From Terriglobia bacterium (GTDB taxonomy: Bacteria > Acidobacteriota > Terriglobia > 20CM-2-55-15), in assembly GCA_965218585.1 (NCBI GenBank), contig CBDCLE010000011.1, positions 64,001 to 128,000 on the forward strand: 64,000 nt of DNA. The letters run 5' to 3'. The notes under the pieces were generated by a model, which made no database searches, was not told where the DNA came from, and saw only the letters and a list, made by a program, of their open reading frames with translations. Positions 43,829-54,635 of the stretch are shown one piece after another. The translations under genes and the position numbers were made by a program. The first letter of the stretch is position 1. Each line of letters opens with the position of its first letter.

Positions 43829-44464
43829 ATGAAGGTATCAAACGTGTCTGATGAATCACAGGTGTGGCTGCGGCAGTTTCTTTACCTCGGCCTGCTGACA
43901 GCGTTCGTGCAGGTATTGCAGACCACATCAGCATTGCTGTTGTGGATCGGGACGTCCTCGCCCATTCTGCTGGTTTTCGGGATGGATGCGCTTGTCGGCG
44001 GAACCCGTGAATTGATTCTGGCCAGACAGATTGCCCGGTACCATACTGCGGACGTGGATCCGGGGACGGACAGGGTGTTGTTTGGAATCGTGGCTGGCGG
44101 ATACCTGTTGGTCGGTGCCATCGCCCTTGTCTTGAGTGTCGGCCAACTCTGGGGGCGCCGGGCTCCGGAGGCGACCCTGCTGGGTCTGGCTCTGGCGGCG
44201 GCCTCCATGCTGATCGTTCCGATCATCGGGTCGTACATGAAGGCGCTGGCGATGGAAGTGCGCAGCCCGGCCCTGAAAGCTGCCGCGATCTTTACGTTCG
44301 GGAACTCCTACCTTTCGATGGTGTTACTGATTGGCCTTCTGATTAACGCGGGCATGGAGCGATGGTGGGGCGACCCTCTCTGCGCCCTGATCATGTCACC
44401 GTTCATCATCTACAAGGGAATTCAGATCCTGACCGAGCACAGGAGTGAAGAGTTTGCGGAATGA
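43829..44464 (+). CDS. Cation efflux (CDF)-like membrane protein
   Basis: About six TM helices, S..L..FG.D and WWGDP motifs. Confidence 0.65.
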   Translation: MKVSNVSDESQVWLRQFLYLGLLTAFVQVLQTTSALLLWIGTSSPILLVFGMDALVGGTRELILARQIARYHTADVDPGTDRVLFGIVAGGYLLVGAIALVLSVGQLWGRRAPEATLLGLALAAASMLIVPIIGSYMKALAMEVRSPALKAAAIFTFGNSYLSMVLLIGLLINAGMERWWGDPLCALIMSPFIIYKGIQILTEHRSEEFAE

Positions 44465-44548
44465 CCCAGGTTGGGCTCGACACACCCAAAAAAGGGAAAA
44501 CTTGGCTTGCGATTTACCAGGTCATTAGGTGATAGTCAAAGAAGCAAT

Positions 44549-44567
44549 GAAAATGACATTCGTTTTC
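44549..44567. promoter_or_regulatory. Fur box upstream of feoAB
   Basis: GAAAATGACATTCGTTTTC, 14/19 to GATAATGATAATCATTATC, inside the palindrome AATGAAAA...TTTTCATT. Confidence 0.75.
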
Positions 44568-44591
44568 ATTTAGCCTGACTGGAGCCCTCTG

Positions 44592-44834
44592 GTGATTGAG
44601 TTAGACAGAACACGCCTGAAGTTGTCAGACGCGACGCTATCCCAGTGGTATCGGATCGAACGGCTGGACGGTCCCGAACTGGAGTGTCGCCGCCTGCTTG
44701 ATCTGGGTTTCACTCCCAACGAAAAGGTTGCCGTAGTGCGGTCGACGCCACTGGGAGATCCCCTCGTCGTTGCCGTTCGTGGAACGCAACTGGCCCTCCG
44801 AAAGCTCGAAGCTTCCTGGATCCTAGTCCAGTGA
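44592..44834 (+). CDS. feoA: Ferrous iron transport protein A
   Basis: [25 protein letters not shown]. Confidence 0.9.
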   Translation: MIELDRTRLKLSDATLSQWYRIERLDGPELECRRLLDLGFTPNEKVAVVRSTPLGDPLVVAVRGTQLALRKLEASWILVQ

Positions 44835-46786
44835 CAACGCCCGTTGAGGTGGCAGATTCGGCTGAACAAGGCGCCCGGCCGCTGACGGTGTGTCTGGTGG
44901 GCATGCCGAACTCCGGCAAGACCACATTGATGAATGCCCTCACCGGTGGGCATTTCCATACCGCGAACTATCCTGGCGTGACCGTCAGCCTGCTTCAGGG
45001 AAAGAGCCGCCCCGAATGGGGGCCACCGCTCACTCTTGTCGACCTGCCCGGTGTTCACAGCTCGGTCAATCCATCTCCCGAAGAAGAACTTTCCTGCAGG
45101 GTCATAGAGTCGCAGGACCCGGCCGTTGCTGCGGACGTGTTCGCGCTGGTCGTAGATGCGACACAGTTGGAACGCCACCTGAAGTTCGCTGGTTTTGTGG
45201 CCCGTCAGAAGAAGCCCGTTGTTTTGGTCCTGACGATGGTGGATCTGCTCGGACGCGTCGACCAGTCGCTCGATGCCGGAAAATTGGCCGAGGCGCTCCG
45301 AATTCCCGTGGTAACGGTCGATGCACGCGAGGGGCAGGGTGTTGAGGAGCTCGTAAAAGAGTGTCGTGCCGCCGCCGGGCGGGTATGGGAGCCGAACGCG
45401 CTGTCCGATCTCGGCGACGACCCTGTGGCTGCGTACTCGATGGTAAGGGAAGTCCTGGATGCCTCCGGTGCCCTGGTCCGGTCTGCTGCCCGGGTCGAAG
45501 GGGATTCGCTCACCGCCAGGATCGACCAGGTTGCTCTTCACAGGCATCTCGGTTTCCCTATGTTTGTGATCGTTCTAGCCGGGTTGTTCGCGTCGATCTT
45601 CTGGATGGCAACACCGTTCATGGACGCAGTTGAGTTCGGATTCGGCTTCGCGGGAGACATGGTGACGGGTCTGTTTCCCGAAGCACTCTTCGCACGGTTT
45701 GTTGCTGAGGGATTGATAGGAGGAGTGGGTGCTGTCGCCGTGTTCTTCCCGCAGATCGTGATCCTGTTTTTCCTCATGACGCTGCTGGAGGATTCCGGAT
45801 ATCTGGCCCGAGGGGCCACCCTGGTCGACCGGCCCCTCTCGTACTTGGGACTACACGGGCGGTCGTTCGTTCCGATGCTTTCTGGTTTCGCCTGCGCGAT
45901 CCCAGCGGTTTTCGCGGCTCGTTCGATTCCGACCCTGCGGGAGCGATTGTTGACGATCTGGATTTTGCCGCTTATGAGTTGCAGCGCCAGGCTACCAGTC
46001 TATGCATTGTTGTTGGCTGCGCTGCTGCCCCAAGCTGCCTGGGCAGGTCTCAGTCTCGCCGCGATTTATCTGGCAAGTCTCCTGATCGGTTCGATATCCG
46101 CTGGTATCGTTGGACGATTTATCATGCCGGACGATACATCCTCGCTACTCGCAATGGAGTTGCCCGTATATCGCGTACCTCGTTGGAAAGTCATTCTGAG
46201 AGCAACATGGTCCAGATCGTCGTCCTACCTACGCAAGGCGGGCATGCCGATCGTAGTTATCGCCATCGTTCTGTGGCTTCTCTCAAACTTCGGCCTGGGG
46301 AGCGCTCAATCACAGTTCGCTGGAGTTGGGGAGCCACCTCTGATCGTTGAGACGGAAATGGGCCAGTCGCTGGCAGCACAATTGGGGCAATTTACCGAGC
46401 CATTGCTCGAGCCGATGGGCGTGGACTGGCGTGTAGGCGTCGGTCTGATCTCGGCATTCGCTGCGAGGGAAGTCTTTGTCAGTGCCATGGCGATCGTGTT
46501 TGCGGTTGAAGGTGATGATGAAGACACTCAGGCTGCGGGACTACTCGAGCAGATGCGGACAGCGACCTTTGCCGGTAGCAGCCAGCGAATTTTTACCGTG
46601 TCGAGCATGATCGGTCTTATCGTTTTCTTCTTCTTTTCCCTCCAATGTATCGCCACTGTAGCGGTTGTCCAGAAGGAGACCAACTCCTGGCGTTTCGCTG
46701 CGATCCAGTTACTCTTCTACACCGGCGTCGGATATGGAGCCGCCGTTGTCACCGTCCAGGGACTTCGCGCACTGGGTGTGGCATAG
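44831..46786 (+). CDS. feoB: Ferrous iron transport protein B
   Basis: [43 protein letters not shown]. Confidence 0.95.
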   Translation: MTTPVEVADSAEQGARPLTVCLVGMPNSGKTTLMNALTGGHFHTANYPGVTVSLLQGKSRPEWGPPLTLVDLPGVHSSVNPSPEEELSCRVIESQDPAVAADVFALVVDATQLERHLKFAGFVARQKKPVVLVLTMVDLLGRVDQSLDAGKLAEALRIPVVTVDAREGQGVEELVKECRAAAGRVWEPNALSDLGDDPVAAYSMVREVLDASGALVRSAARVEGDSLTARIDQVALHRHLGFPMFVIVLAGLFASIFWMATPFMDAVEFGFGFAGDMVTGLFPEALFARFVAEGLIGGVGAVAVFFPQIVILFFLMTLLEDSGYLARGATLVDRPLSYLGLHGRSFVPMLSGFACAIPAVFAARSIPTLRERLLTIWILPLMSCSARLPVYALLLAALLPQAAWAGLSLAAIYLASLLIGSISAGIVGRFIMPDDTSSLLAMELPVYRVPRWKVILRATWSRSSSYLRKAGMPIVVIAIVLWLLSNFGLGSAQSQFAGVGEPPLIVETEMGQSLAAQLGQFTEPLLEPMGVDWRVGVGLISAFAAREVFVSAMAIVFAVEGDDEDTQAAGLLEQMRTATFAGSSQRIFTVSSMIGLIVFFFFSLQCIATVAVVQKETNSWRFAAIQLLFYTGVGYGAAVVTVQGLRALGVA

Positions 46787-46823
46787 TTTTCTGGCTGAAA
46801 CATTCGAAAGTGACCGGATCTAG

Positions 46824-46945
46824 CAGCCTGTCGGACTAACACCAAATCGAAAATCTAAGCCATTGATATGACTGTGTTTACAGTTTCGAGCTGAAAAGGG
46901 CCGTCGTTGAAAACAAAGGACTTACGCCGAAAGTCCGACAGGCTG
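46824..46945. mobile_element. 122-bp MITE with CTAG target duplication
   Basis: TIR CAGCCTGTCGGACT/AGTCCGACAGGCTG; CTAG at 46820-46823 and 46946-46949. Confidence 0.8.
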
Positions 46946-47518
46946 CTAGGCCTTCCCATTCAAATCCCCTAGTCGCTGGTAGTCTTCTGGAGTGTTGATG
47001 TTGTTGAACATACGAGTGTTGAAGCCGGCTTCCTTGAGTGCTTCCTCCGAGATCTCTTCATGCCGAACCGCCGCGGAGAATCCTTGAATCGAATAGTCTC
47101 CCGACTCCAAATAGTCTTCGAGCTTGCTGAGCAGCCCCCGGCGAGCGCCCAGGCATAGTGCGACGTATCCCTCGATACGGCAGAGAAGCAGGTTGTCGGT
47201 GGAGGTGCGGAGCCGGTTGGCAAGGTAGTTCAGGAATTGTGGTTCGAGCAGCGGCAGGTCTACGGCAGTAATCAGGTTGTTTTCGGTTGGGGTCGTTCGA
47301 AGGGCCGTCCGGATACCTTCGAGCGGTCCGCGGCCAGGCCGGATGTCGGGAACGAGATCCCGGCCCACGATCCGGACTTCCGAGGCGACCTCCCGGAGAA
47401 GGCCTGCCATGTGTGTCACGAGCGTCCCCTCGCCCCAGGGCAGGGACGCCTTGTCGGTCCCCATCCGGGACGCCTTGCCCCCAGCCAGTACGAATCCCGT
47501 GATCGCTTCATCGGACAT
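46946..47518 (-). CDS. mobA: Molybdenum cofactor guanylyltransferase
   Basis: LAGGKASRMG.DKA, GPLEGI, AVDLP, NINTPED. Confidence 0.92.
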   Translation of the reverse strand: MSDEAITGFVLAGGKASRMGTDKASLPWGEGTLVTHMAGLLREVASEVRIVGRDLVPDIRPGRGPLEGIRTALRTTPTENNLITAVDLPLLEPQFLNYLANRLRTSTDNLLLCRIEGYVALCLGARRGLLSKLEDYLESGDYSIQGFSAAVRHEEISEEALKEAGFNTRMFNNINTPEDYQRLGDLNGKA

Positions 47519-47565
47519 CAGTCCCTCCTTCGAAGAGATGATAGCCCAGCCCGCCAGGGCAGTGT

Positions 47566-47596
47566 GACGTTATAATGTCTTGACGCTATAACGTTA
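47566..47596. promoter_or_regulatory. Tandem palindromic operator, probably for the RHH antitoxin
   Basis: TGACGTTATAATGTC and TGACGCTATAACGTTA immediately upstream of the RHH gene. Confidence 0.5.
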
Positions 47597-47614
47597 TGAA
47601 GCTAATGTAGCGAT

Positions 47615-47845
47615 ATGGCAGACCCCAAGCGAACGACGATCTACTTCGATCCAAGTCTCCACAAGGCTCTCCGGATGAAAGCGGCGGAGACCGATCAGAG
47701 TGTGTCGGATCTGGTAAATGTTGCCGTCAGGCGCAGCCTGGCCGAGGATGCCGAGGATCTGGAGGCGTTGGATGAGCTCAGGCAAGAGCGGGAACTCAGG
47801 TTCGAGGACTTCGTTTGGAGTTTGAGACGCCGTGGAAAGATATAG
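47615..47845 (+). CDS. CopG/ribbon-helix-helix protein, putative antitoxin
   Basis: KRTTIYFD..LHKALR.KAAE...SVSDLVN.AV...L.EDAEDL. Confidence 0.8.
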   Translation: MADPKRTTIYFDPSLHKALRMKAAETDQSVSDLVNVAVRRSLAEDAEDLEALDELRQERELRFEDFVWSLRRRGKI

Positions 47846-47919
47846 CTGTTAATTTGCACGGAAAAGTGATCCGGGTTTTGCATTGAAAATTGACCCGGGT
47901 TAGAGAGCCGGATTATGGC

Positions 47920-48699
47920 TCATGGGTTGGGGTTTTTCCGGGGTTTAGTCTCCTTTGTGTGTGTGGAACTGTTTCTAAAACGGTAACTGTCATTGCCGGT
48001 TTCGACGATGTGGCAATGGTGGGTGAGGCGGTCGAGCAGCGCGGCGGTCATCTTCGTGTCGTTGAAGACCCGGGGCCATTCACCGAAGGCAAGGTTGGTG
48101 GTGAGGACCCTGCGGGTGCGCTCGTAGAGTTTGCTCAGCAGGTGGAACAGCAAGGCGCCGCCGGCCTGCGAGAACGGCAGATAGCCGAGTTCATCGAGAA
48201 TGACCAAATCGACTTGCAGGAGCCGGTTGGCGATCTGCCCAGTCTTACCCTTGGCTTTCTCCTGTTCCAGCGTGTTGACGAGTTCGATAGTGGAGAAGAA
48301 CCGGACTCTGAGGCGATGGTGAGTGATGGCCTGCACGCCGATGGCCGTGGCGAGATGGGTCTTGCCGGTGCCCGGTCCGCCGATCATCACGATGTTGTGA
48401 GCGTCGGCGACGAAGTCACATCGATACAGTGAGCTGAGCAGTGCCTCATCAACGGGGCTTTCATTGAAGTCGAAGTTGGAGAGGTCGCGATAGGCTGGGA
48501 AGCGGGCGGTCCTCATCTGGTAGTTGATGGAGCGGACCTCGCGCTCGGCGACCTCGGCCTCGGTTAAGGTGTGGAGCATGGGCTCTATGTTTGAGAAAGC
48601 CGGAGCGCCTTGCCGCGCGAGTTCATCGACCGCTTGCGCCATGCCATGGAGTTTGAGCGACCTCAGCGCGCTGACCAGAGATTCAGATGACATGGCCAT
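47920..48699 (-). CDS. istB: IS21 helper ATPase IstB
   Basis: [32 protein letters not shown]. Confidence 0.95.
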   Translation of the reverse strand: MAMSSESLVSALRSLKLHGMAQAVDELARQGAPAFSNIEPMLHTLTEAEVAEREVRSINYQMRTARFPAYRDLSNFDFNESPVDEALLSSLYRCDFVADAHNIVMIGGPGTGKTHLATAIGVQAITHHRLRVRFFSTIELVNTLEQEKAKGKTGQIANRLLQVDLVILDELGYLPFSQAGGALLFHLLSKLYERTRRVLTTNLAFGEWPRVFNDTKMTAALLDRLTHHCHIVETGNDSYRFRNSSTHTKETKPRKNPNP

Positions 48700-50209
48700 C
48701 TCCTCTCAAGCGGTCGTAGCGATGAACATCGGCCTTCGGTTCATTGAGCAGTGTCAACGCATCGGGTATATCGATGAGGCTGGGCGGCGAGGCTTCCAGT
48801 AACCGGCTCAGGATATTGAGCACATGTTGCTTGGAGGCGGCCCCGGCTGCGAGTGCGATCTCGGCGGCACGCAGCACCGCCGGCTCATCGTGGTGCAGCA
48901 CCAGCGCCAGGATCTCCACCATCTCCCGGTCCCCGCCAGGTCGCTTGAGCCGCGCCGCCTGGAGGCGCTTGAAAGGTTGGGGAAGCTCGGCGAAGGGAGC
49001 GCCGTTCCTCAACGCGCCCGGTTTTCGTTGGAGGACGCTCAGGTAGTGGCGCCAGTCGTAGACGGTTCGCCCTGACCGGCAGTCGCGCCCGCGCGCGATC
49101 ACCCGCGGATGCTCAGCGATGATCTGGCCTTCGGCGGCAATCACGATGCGTTCGGCGTAGACGCGGACACTGACCGGCCGGTTGGCAAACGCGGCCGGCA
49201 CGCTGTAGCGATTACGCGCGAAGGCGATAAGGCAGGCCGGAGAAACACGCTTGGTGTGCTCGACAAAGCCATCGAACGGCGTCGGCATGCGCATCAGATG
49301 CGCGTGCTCATCGGCCCAGACCTCGGCGACTGTACGCTGGGGCTGCTCCGGGTGATGGATCTCGTCCCAGAGACCCCGGCATCGCCGCTCAAGCCACATG
49401 TTCACGTCACGGAAGCCAGCAAACTCAGGCGCGTCATGGAACAGACGGGGCCGCGCGTCCCGGACGTTCTTCTCGATCTGGCCTTTCTCCCATCCGGCGC
49501 CAGACGTGCAGAACTCCGCTTCGAACAGGAAATGGCTCACCATCGCCTTGAACCGGGCGTTGACCACCCGGGCCTTCCCTCGGCCCACTCGGTCCACCGC
49601 TGTCTTCATGTTGTCGTAGATGCCCCGCCGGGGCACACCGCCCAACGCCGCCAGACAATAGTTGTGGGCGTCGAACAGCATCTCGTGGGACTGTAGCGGA
49701 TAAGCCCGCAGCATGAACGCCCGGCTGTGGCAGAGTTTGAACTGCGCCACCATCAGCTTCGTGCGTTCACCGCCGATGACCACCCAGTCCTCGCTCCAGT
49801 CGAACTGGAACGCTTCGCCGGGCGCAAACACCAGCGGCACGAACGTGTCCCGGCTCACCTTCGAGGCTTCTTGCTGTTGGCGCCGCCATACCCGCGCAAA
49901 CGCCGCCACACGGTCATAGGACCCCGTGTAGCCAAGCTTCATCAACTCGCCGTGCAGCTGCTTGAGATTACGCCGCTCCTTGCGACCCCGGGCCGATTCC
50001 CGCTTCAGCCACGACGCCAGCAACTCGGCGTAGCCGTCCACTTTGCTCCGGCTCCTGCGCTTCGGATAGACCGCCTCCAGAGCGCCGTTCGCCAAGTGCT
50101 TCCGGATCGTATTACGCGACAGCTTCGTTCGCCTGCTGATCTCTCGAATCGATACGCCCTCTCGTACATGCCAGCGTCTGATCACACTCAATATCGCCAC
50201 GTCTATCAC
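48683..50209 (-). CDS. istA: IS21 transposase IstA
   Basis: [46 protein letters not shown]. Confidence 0.95.
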   Translation of the reverse strand: MIDVAILSVIRRWHVREGVSIREISRRTKLSRNTIRKHLANGALEAVYPKRRSRSKVDGYAELLASWLKRESARGRKERRNLKQLHGELMKLGYTGSYDRVAAFARVWRRQQQEASKVSRDTFVPLVFAPGEAFQFDWSEDWVVIGGERTKLMVAQFKLCHSRAFMLRAYPLQSHEMLFDAHNYCLAALGGVPRRGIYDNMKTAVDRVGRGKARVVNARFKAMVSHFLFEAEFCTSGAGWEKGQIEKNVRDARPRLFHDAPEFAGFRDVNMWLERRCRGLWDEIHHPEQPQRTVAEVWADEHAHLMRMPTPFDGFVEHTKRVSPACLIAFARNRYSVPAAFANRPVSVRVYAERIVIAAEGQIIAEHPRVIARGRDCRSGRTVYDWRHYLSVLQRKPGALRNGAPFAELPQPFKRLQAARLKRPGGDREMVEILALVLHHDEPAVLRAAEIALAAGAASKQHVLNILSRLLEASPPSLIDIPDALTLLNEPKADVHRYDRLRGDGHVI

Positions 50210-50450
50210 TCCTTTGCCCTCCTGCTCTGTTAATCGGCAGGAATGGGTATACACGTGGGTCAAATTTCGATGCAAATACCCGCTTTAAGTGGATCAGTTT
50301 TGGGTGCAAATCAACAGCCTGCGCCTTGAAGTCGATCCGGCCAGCTATTGGCTCTATACCTCCTCCCCCGTCGATGCTCAGAAAAGGGCCGAGGCGGTCC
50401 ACCAATACGGCCTCGTCGAGGCCATCGAACACCTGTCCAGGAGGTAGCTT

Positions 50451-51293
50451 ATGTTGAAAATCATTCCACTCGTGACGGTGGCGATTCTCGCCCTGTCGGT
50501 GCCGCTGATCGCACAGGACGGAGACGCGGTGTTGCGGATCATCGAAGCCGAAGATCAAATCGTCCAGATCCGGGCCCGGACCCGGCACACCACTGTCATT
50601 GTGCTACCCGCGACGGAAACCGTGCTGGATTTTGTCGTGGGCGATTCCGAGTATTGGCACCTGACCGGGGCCACGAATCTGGCGTTCCTCAAGCCCATCG
50701 CCGAGGGCGTGACGACCAACGTCGCGCTCGTGTGCGCTTCGGGGACGATCTACTCGTTCCTCGTCACCGAGAGCGGAGAGCACAATCCGCATCTTGTCGT
50801 GCGCGTCGAAGCGCAGGCGGACGCCGATCCGCGCATCTCACCGGCGGGACATGAGCCCGCCTTTGTCGCACGGAGCCAGGTCGCCGCCTATCAGCAAATG
50901 GCGGAGTCGGCGATCGAGACGGCCCGGGCCGCGCAGGGGGACGCCGATGCCCGGATCGCGGATGCGGTGGCGCTCGCGGCGAGCGAGGCCGAGGAGTTCC
51001 GGGCGGAGTATCCCACCCGCCTCAAGTTCTCCTACCGATTGGAGGATGACGCGCTCAAGTGGCCGTTCCTGGTCGAGGGGATGTGGCATGACGGGCGCTT
51101 TACCTACCTGCGCTCGAACGCCCAGGAGTCGCCCGCCCTCTACGAAGAGAAAGACGGCCAACCGGCGCTCGTGGCCTACGACCTGGGCGAGGACGGGCTG
51201 TATATCGCCCGGCATGTTCTAGGTGACGGATGGTTGCAGATCGGCAAACAGAGAGTCCGGTGGCGCTTCACCGCGCCGGAGATCGGGCCGTGA
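50451..51293 (+). CDS. VirB9/TrbG family type IV secretion core protein
   Basis: Signal peptide, TTVIVLP, VGDS..W, FLKP, DGRFTYL. Confidence 0.8.
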   Translation: MLKIIPLVTVAILALSVPLIAQDGDAVLRIIEAEDQIVQIRARTRHTTVIVLPATETVLDFVVGDSEYWHLTGATNLAFLKPIAEGVTTNVALVCASGTIYSFLVTESGEHNPHLVVRVEAQADADPRISPAGHEPAFVARSQVAAYQQMAESAIETARAAQGDADARIADAVALAASEAEEFRAEYPTRLKFSYRLEDDALKWPFLVEGMWHDGRFTYLRSNAQESPALYEEKDGQPALVAYDLGEDGLYIARHVLGDGWLQIGKQRVRWRFTAPEIGP

Positions 51294-52639
51294 GCGGATG
51301 GCGGCGGCTCTATGCGAAACCGGCGGGCGCGCTGCCGGGCGGGATTGTCACTCAATGGGGCGTCGGGATCATCGCCATCCTGGTCCTCCTGCTTCTGAGC
51401 GCCTACATCTATTTCGGGGGCGGTGAGGAAGCGGAGCTTGAGGAGGGCGCGGAGACGGTGCAGGCCCCGGCGGGGAGTTTCGCGGATCGGATGGCTTCGC
51501 AGGTCGAGGCCGAAGCTCTCCGGGCGGAGACCCGCCGACAAGCGACACAGCGGGCGTTGGAGCAGCAGCGGCAGCAACAGGGAGACACCGGCGGTGGGAT
51601 CGGTGCGGGGCGGGTGAGCGTGGATGAAGCGATGCTCCTGGCCGGTCCCAGTCCCGACACCGGCCAGCCCTACACCGAGGAAGAATGGGAACTCCGCGAA
51701 CGCTTGCGCCTGGAAGCGATCGAGCGGCGGAGCCGTTCGCTTCGCAGTTCGCCCCTCGCGCAGACCTACCGGCAAGTAGACGAGACGGCAGGGATTGCCA
51801 GGCCACAGGGGACTGAAACCGAAAGCCCGGTCGGGACCATGAGAGCGGAAGGAGCAGCGGCGCTCGAACAGGCGCTCGACACGCTTGGAACGGTCACAAC
51901 CAGCCTGGAGGATCAAGTCGAGGCGGAGGCCCGGGCGGATCAGGCGTTTATCGAAGCACTGCGCGGGACGGAGGCAGCGGCGTTCCCCGCAGTCGCTTCA
52001 GCGGGCGCGGCGGACGTGCCGGCGCCACCGCGCGATTACTCTTCCCCGGTGCGGGTCGGAGAGCCGGAAGATCCTCCCGGCTGGGAACGGATCTATGAAG
52101 GCTCATTCCTGGAGGCGACGCTGGCGACACAGCTTTCCGGTGACTTCCCCGGCCCAGTCCTGGCCGTGGTTTCGGTGCCGTTCTACTCGGCAGACCGGCA
52201 GCGGATTTTGGTGCCGCGAGGGACGCGAGTCATCGGCACGGCTCAGGCCGTGGCGAACCAGGACCAATCGCGCCTTGCCGTCAGTTTCCACCGTTTGATC
52301 CTGCCCGATGGCCGTTGGGTGTCGCTGGAATTTCATGGGCTCAATCAACTCGGCGAGGGAGCCTTGAAAGATCAGGTGAACCGCCACTACTTCTCCATGT
52401 TCGCCGCTGTCGGGGCGGTCGGTGTCCTCAGTGGACTGACGGCGGCGGGCGGCAACCCTTACGAGGGTGGCGTGGCGGGCTTCGGGGCCGGTGCCGGACA
52501 AGGGCTCGGCCAGGCCGCGACGCGCATCCTGGATCGTTTCCTGAATCGTTTGCCCACCATCACAATTCGCGCCGGTCACCGGCTTCGCGTCTGGTTCACT
52601 TCCGACGTGCGGGTTCCCCGGCCCCAACAAGGAGACTGA
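51290..52639 (+). CDS. VirB10/TrbI family type IV secretion core protein
   Basis: N-terminal TM; ILVPRGTRVIG, RL.V.F.RLILPDG, G..DQVN.HY, PTITIRAG. Confidence 0.85.
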   Translation: MSGWRRLYAKPAGALPGGIVTQWGVGIIAILVLLLLSAYIYFGGGEEAELEEGAETVQAPAGSFADRMASQVEAEALRAETRRQATQRALEQQRQQQGDTGGGIGAGRVSVDEAMLLAGPSPDTGQPYTEEEWELRERLRLEAIERRSRSLRSSPLAQTYRQVDETAGIARPQGTETESPVGTMRAEGAAALEQALDTLGTVTTSLEDQVEAEARADQAFIEALRGTEAAAFPAVASAGAADVPAPPRDYSSPVRVGEPEDPPGWERIYEGSFLEATLATQLSGDFPGPVLAVVSVPFYSADRQRILVPRGTRVIGTAQAVANQDQSRLAVSFHRLILPDGRWVSLEFHGLNQLGEGALKDQVNRHYFSMFAAVGAVGVLSGLTAAGGNPYEGGVAGFGAGAGQGLGQAATRILDRFLNRLPTITIRAGHRLRVWFTSDVRVPRPQQGD

Positions 52640-52640
52640 A

Positions 52641-53440
52641 ATGAAAATGTACCGGAAAGTCTTGACCGTTACAAAGACACGATGGCGAAGATCACCCTGG
52701 ACGGCCAATTGACCCAGATGACGGATCAGTTCAACCACCTGCAAGAACAGGCGCTCGGAAGTGTCGGCGCGCTCACCGATCCGTTCACCGACCTGGCATC
52801 GGTGCCGACGCAGTTCATCGGCGTGGGCCTGTCGTGGAAGAACGACTTTGCCGGCGTTGCTGCGGAGTTGGTGTCCTCGGTGGAACAGATGGGCGAAACC
52901 GGCACGAGCTTTACCCAATCGTGGCGCGGGCGGCTCATCGCCGCCGACACGGTGACAGAGAGCGACATCATTGGTCTGTACAACTCTCAGCGGTCCGAAG
53001 TGGCCGAAAGAGCGGCACGGGGCTACCTCGCGGCGCGAGAGGAAGGCGAGAAACGCCTGGTCCTCGATCACGCCACGAGCGATGCGGCGGCGAATCTCAT
53101 GGTTGCGGCGCGCGAGGCCGTGGCCTCCTACGAAGGGCTGCGGAACAACACCAATACCTCCAACACCGTGCTCGCTCAATCGCAGGTGGCCGGGACCCTG
53201 ACCCAGGGGAACCTCACCGCGGCTATGGCGCAGTTGATGGCGTTCGAGGCGGCGAAGGCGGCGGCGGAAGATTACGAACGCGAGATCGCCCGGCGCGAGG
53301 CGCTGGCGGAATGGGTCGAGGCCCAACGCCGAGCGCGCGTCACCTTTGAGGCGCAACAGGCCGGGCTCGATGCCCGGCGCGAGGCGATGCGGGAAGGGTT
53401 GCTCTTCCAGATTCATCCGTTCTATGGCGGAGGAAACTAA
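52641..53440 (+). pseudogene. Helical T4SS-associated protein (TrbJ/VirB5-like), N-terminus damaged
   Basis: RBS GGAG and ATG at 52641 are out of frame with the 252-aa Q/A-rich helical ORF after virB10; family call rests on position only. Confidence 0.45.
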
Positions 53441-53517
53441 CCCGGTACGCCGATGCAAATTCAACTCGATCCGGCGATCCCGGCCCAGATCCCCCCGGAG
53501 CAACTCCGGGATTTCAA

Positions 53518-53835
53518 GTGGCGCTAGTGGGCAAGGGTTCTTTTATCGTTGGACTGGTGATCGCTGTGGCCGGAGGCTTAGGCCTTGAACAAGCCTGGTT
53601 TGGCTGGGTACTTGCCGTGCTCGGCCTGATCGTCGGATTCTTGAATATCAGCGACAAGGAGAATCAGGCCTTCCTCTTAGCGGCGATCGCGCTGATCGTA
53701 GCCGCAAACGCCGTCGGAGCGATCCCCTTCATCGGGGAGGTGGTGACCCGGATCATCGCGAATCTCGTGCTCTTCCTGGGGGGCGCGGTCTTGGTCGTAG
53801 CGGTGAAGAGCCTGTTTGCGGTAGCGAGAGACTGA
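53518..53835 (+). CDS. Small membrane protein (about 4 TM)
   Basis: Hydrophobic ORF with LGLIVGFLNI..KE...FL; 5' end may be truncated. Confidence 0.65.
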   Translation: MALVGKGSFIVGLVIAVAGGLGLEQAWFGWVLAVLGLIVGFLNISDKENQAFLLAAIALIVAANAVGAIPFIGEVVTRIIANLVLFLGGAVLVVAVKSLFAVARD

Positions 53836-54104
53836 AGTCGTTCTGACGCAGGCGGCATCGGGGCCGGAAAGCCCTTCCTCTGAAGAGAAGCGTTCACACC
53901 CAGTCGCTTTTCCAGCGCCATCGCCACCTTCGCCAACACAGACGGAGGCGATCGAGTCGTTGGCGTTGATAGATGACGGAGAGGCTTCTCAGGGGTTCCT
54001 CATAGGAGGCGAGCCGCTCCGAGACGTGACGCTGACAAGCTGGCCATGGTGGAGCGGCCCGTTGCTTGTCAGATCACCGCTTTTGCACCAGGATTGCCCG
54101 CTAT

Positions 54105-54344
54105 TCATTCCCCCCATTTGCGGCGCGGCCGATCCTTTAGCCGGTTGATCAGCCAGCTTGCGCCCTCGACGGTCGACGGTTCGACAGTGGACAAATCATC
54201 TGCGTTGCGTTCCTTCTTGAGCCGTGCGATATGAGCCAGTTGCTTTGGAGTCGGGGGACTTGGACCGGTACTCCGAAAGAACCACGCCAGCGAACCAACA
54301 ATAGCCACGATGAACACGACAGCCAGGAAGATCAGAAGGCCCAC
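54105..54344 (-). CDS. Hypothetical single-TM protein
   Basis: Hydrophobic N-terminus then PPTPKQLAHI; GTG start. Confidence 0.4.
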   Translation of the reverse strand: MGLLIFLAVVFIVAIVGSLAWFFRSTGPSPPTPKQLAHIARLKKERNADDLSTVEPSTVEGASWLINRLKDRPRRKWGE

Positions 54345-54635
54345 AACTTACTCACCTGCGGCCCTTGTTTCGGCACCGGAATTTCGCCCAGGATTGCGTT
54401 TCAGGGGTGTCCCTACAGGTAGAGTCGTGCTCAGTGAAACACCGTCTTCGGGGAAGGCCCTGCAGAACGCCGCGATTGGACCGAGCGTCAAACCGCTGTC
54501 GTTCAGAGTCACCTTCCAGTGCCACGCGCTGAAACAAGAGATTCTTGATCCGGTCCGCCGCCTGCAGATGGAACACACCATAATCGAGCAGCGGGTTCGA
54601 GAGCAAGGCATTGAATCTGGACGGTACCCGGACGC

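Larger units (their letters stand above)
47847..50316 (-). mobile_element. IS21 family element, no target duplication
   Basis: TG...CA ends; TIR TGTTAATTTGCAC/GTGCAAATCAACA with internal repeats; istA-istB pair. Confidence 0.92.

Noticed and set aside
50315-50325. CAGCCTGCGCC next to the IS21 end, matching the IS1182 TIR
   Set aside because: Only 11 bp, overlaps the IS21 terminal CA, has no CTAG and no further similarity
52103-53503. Long antisense ORFs (also 58283-59488, 22639-23568, 44570-45547, 31202-32101)
   Set aside because: Shadows of real genes in GC-rich DNA with no recognisable motifs
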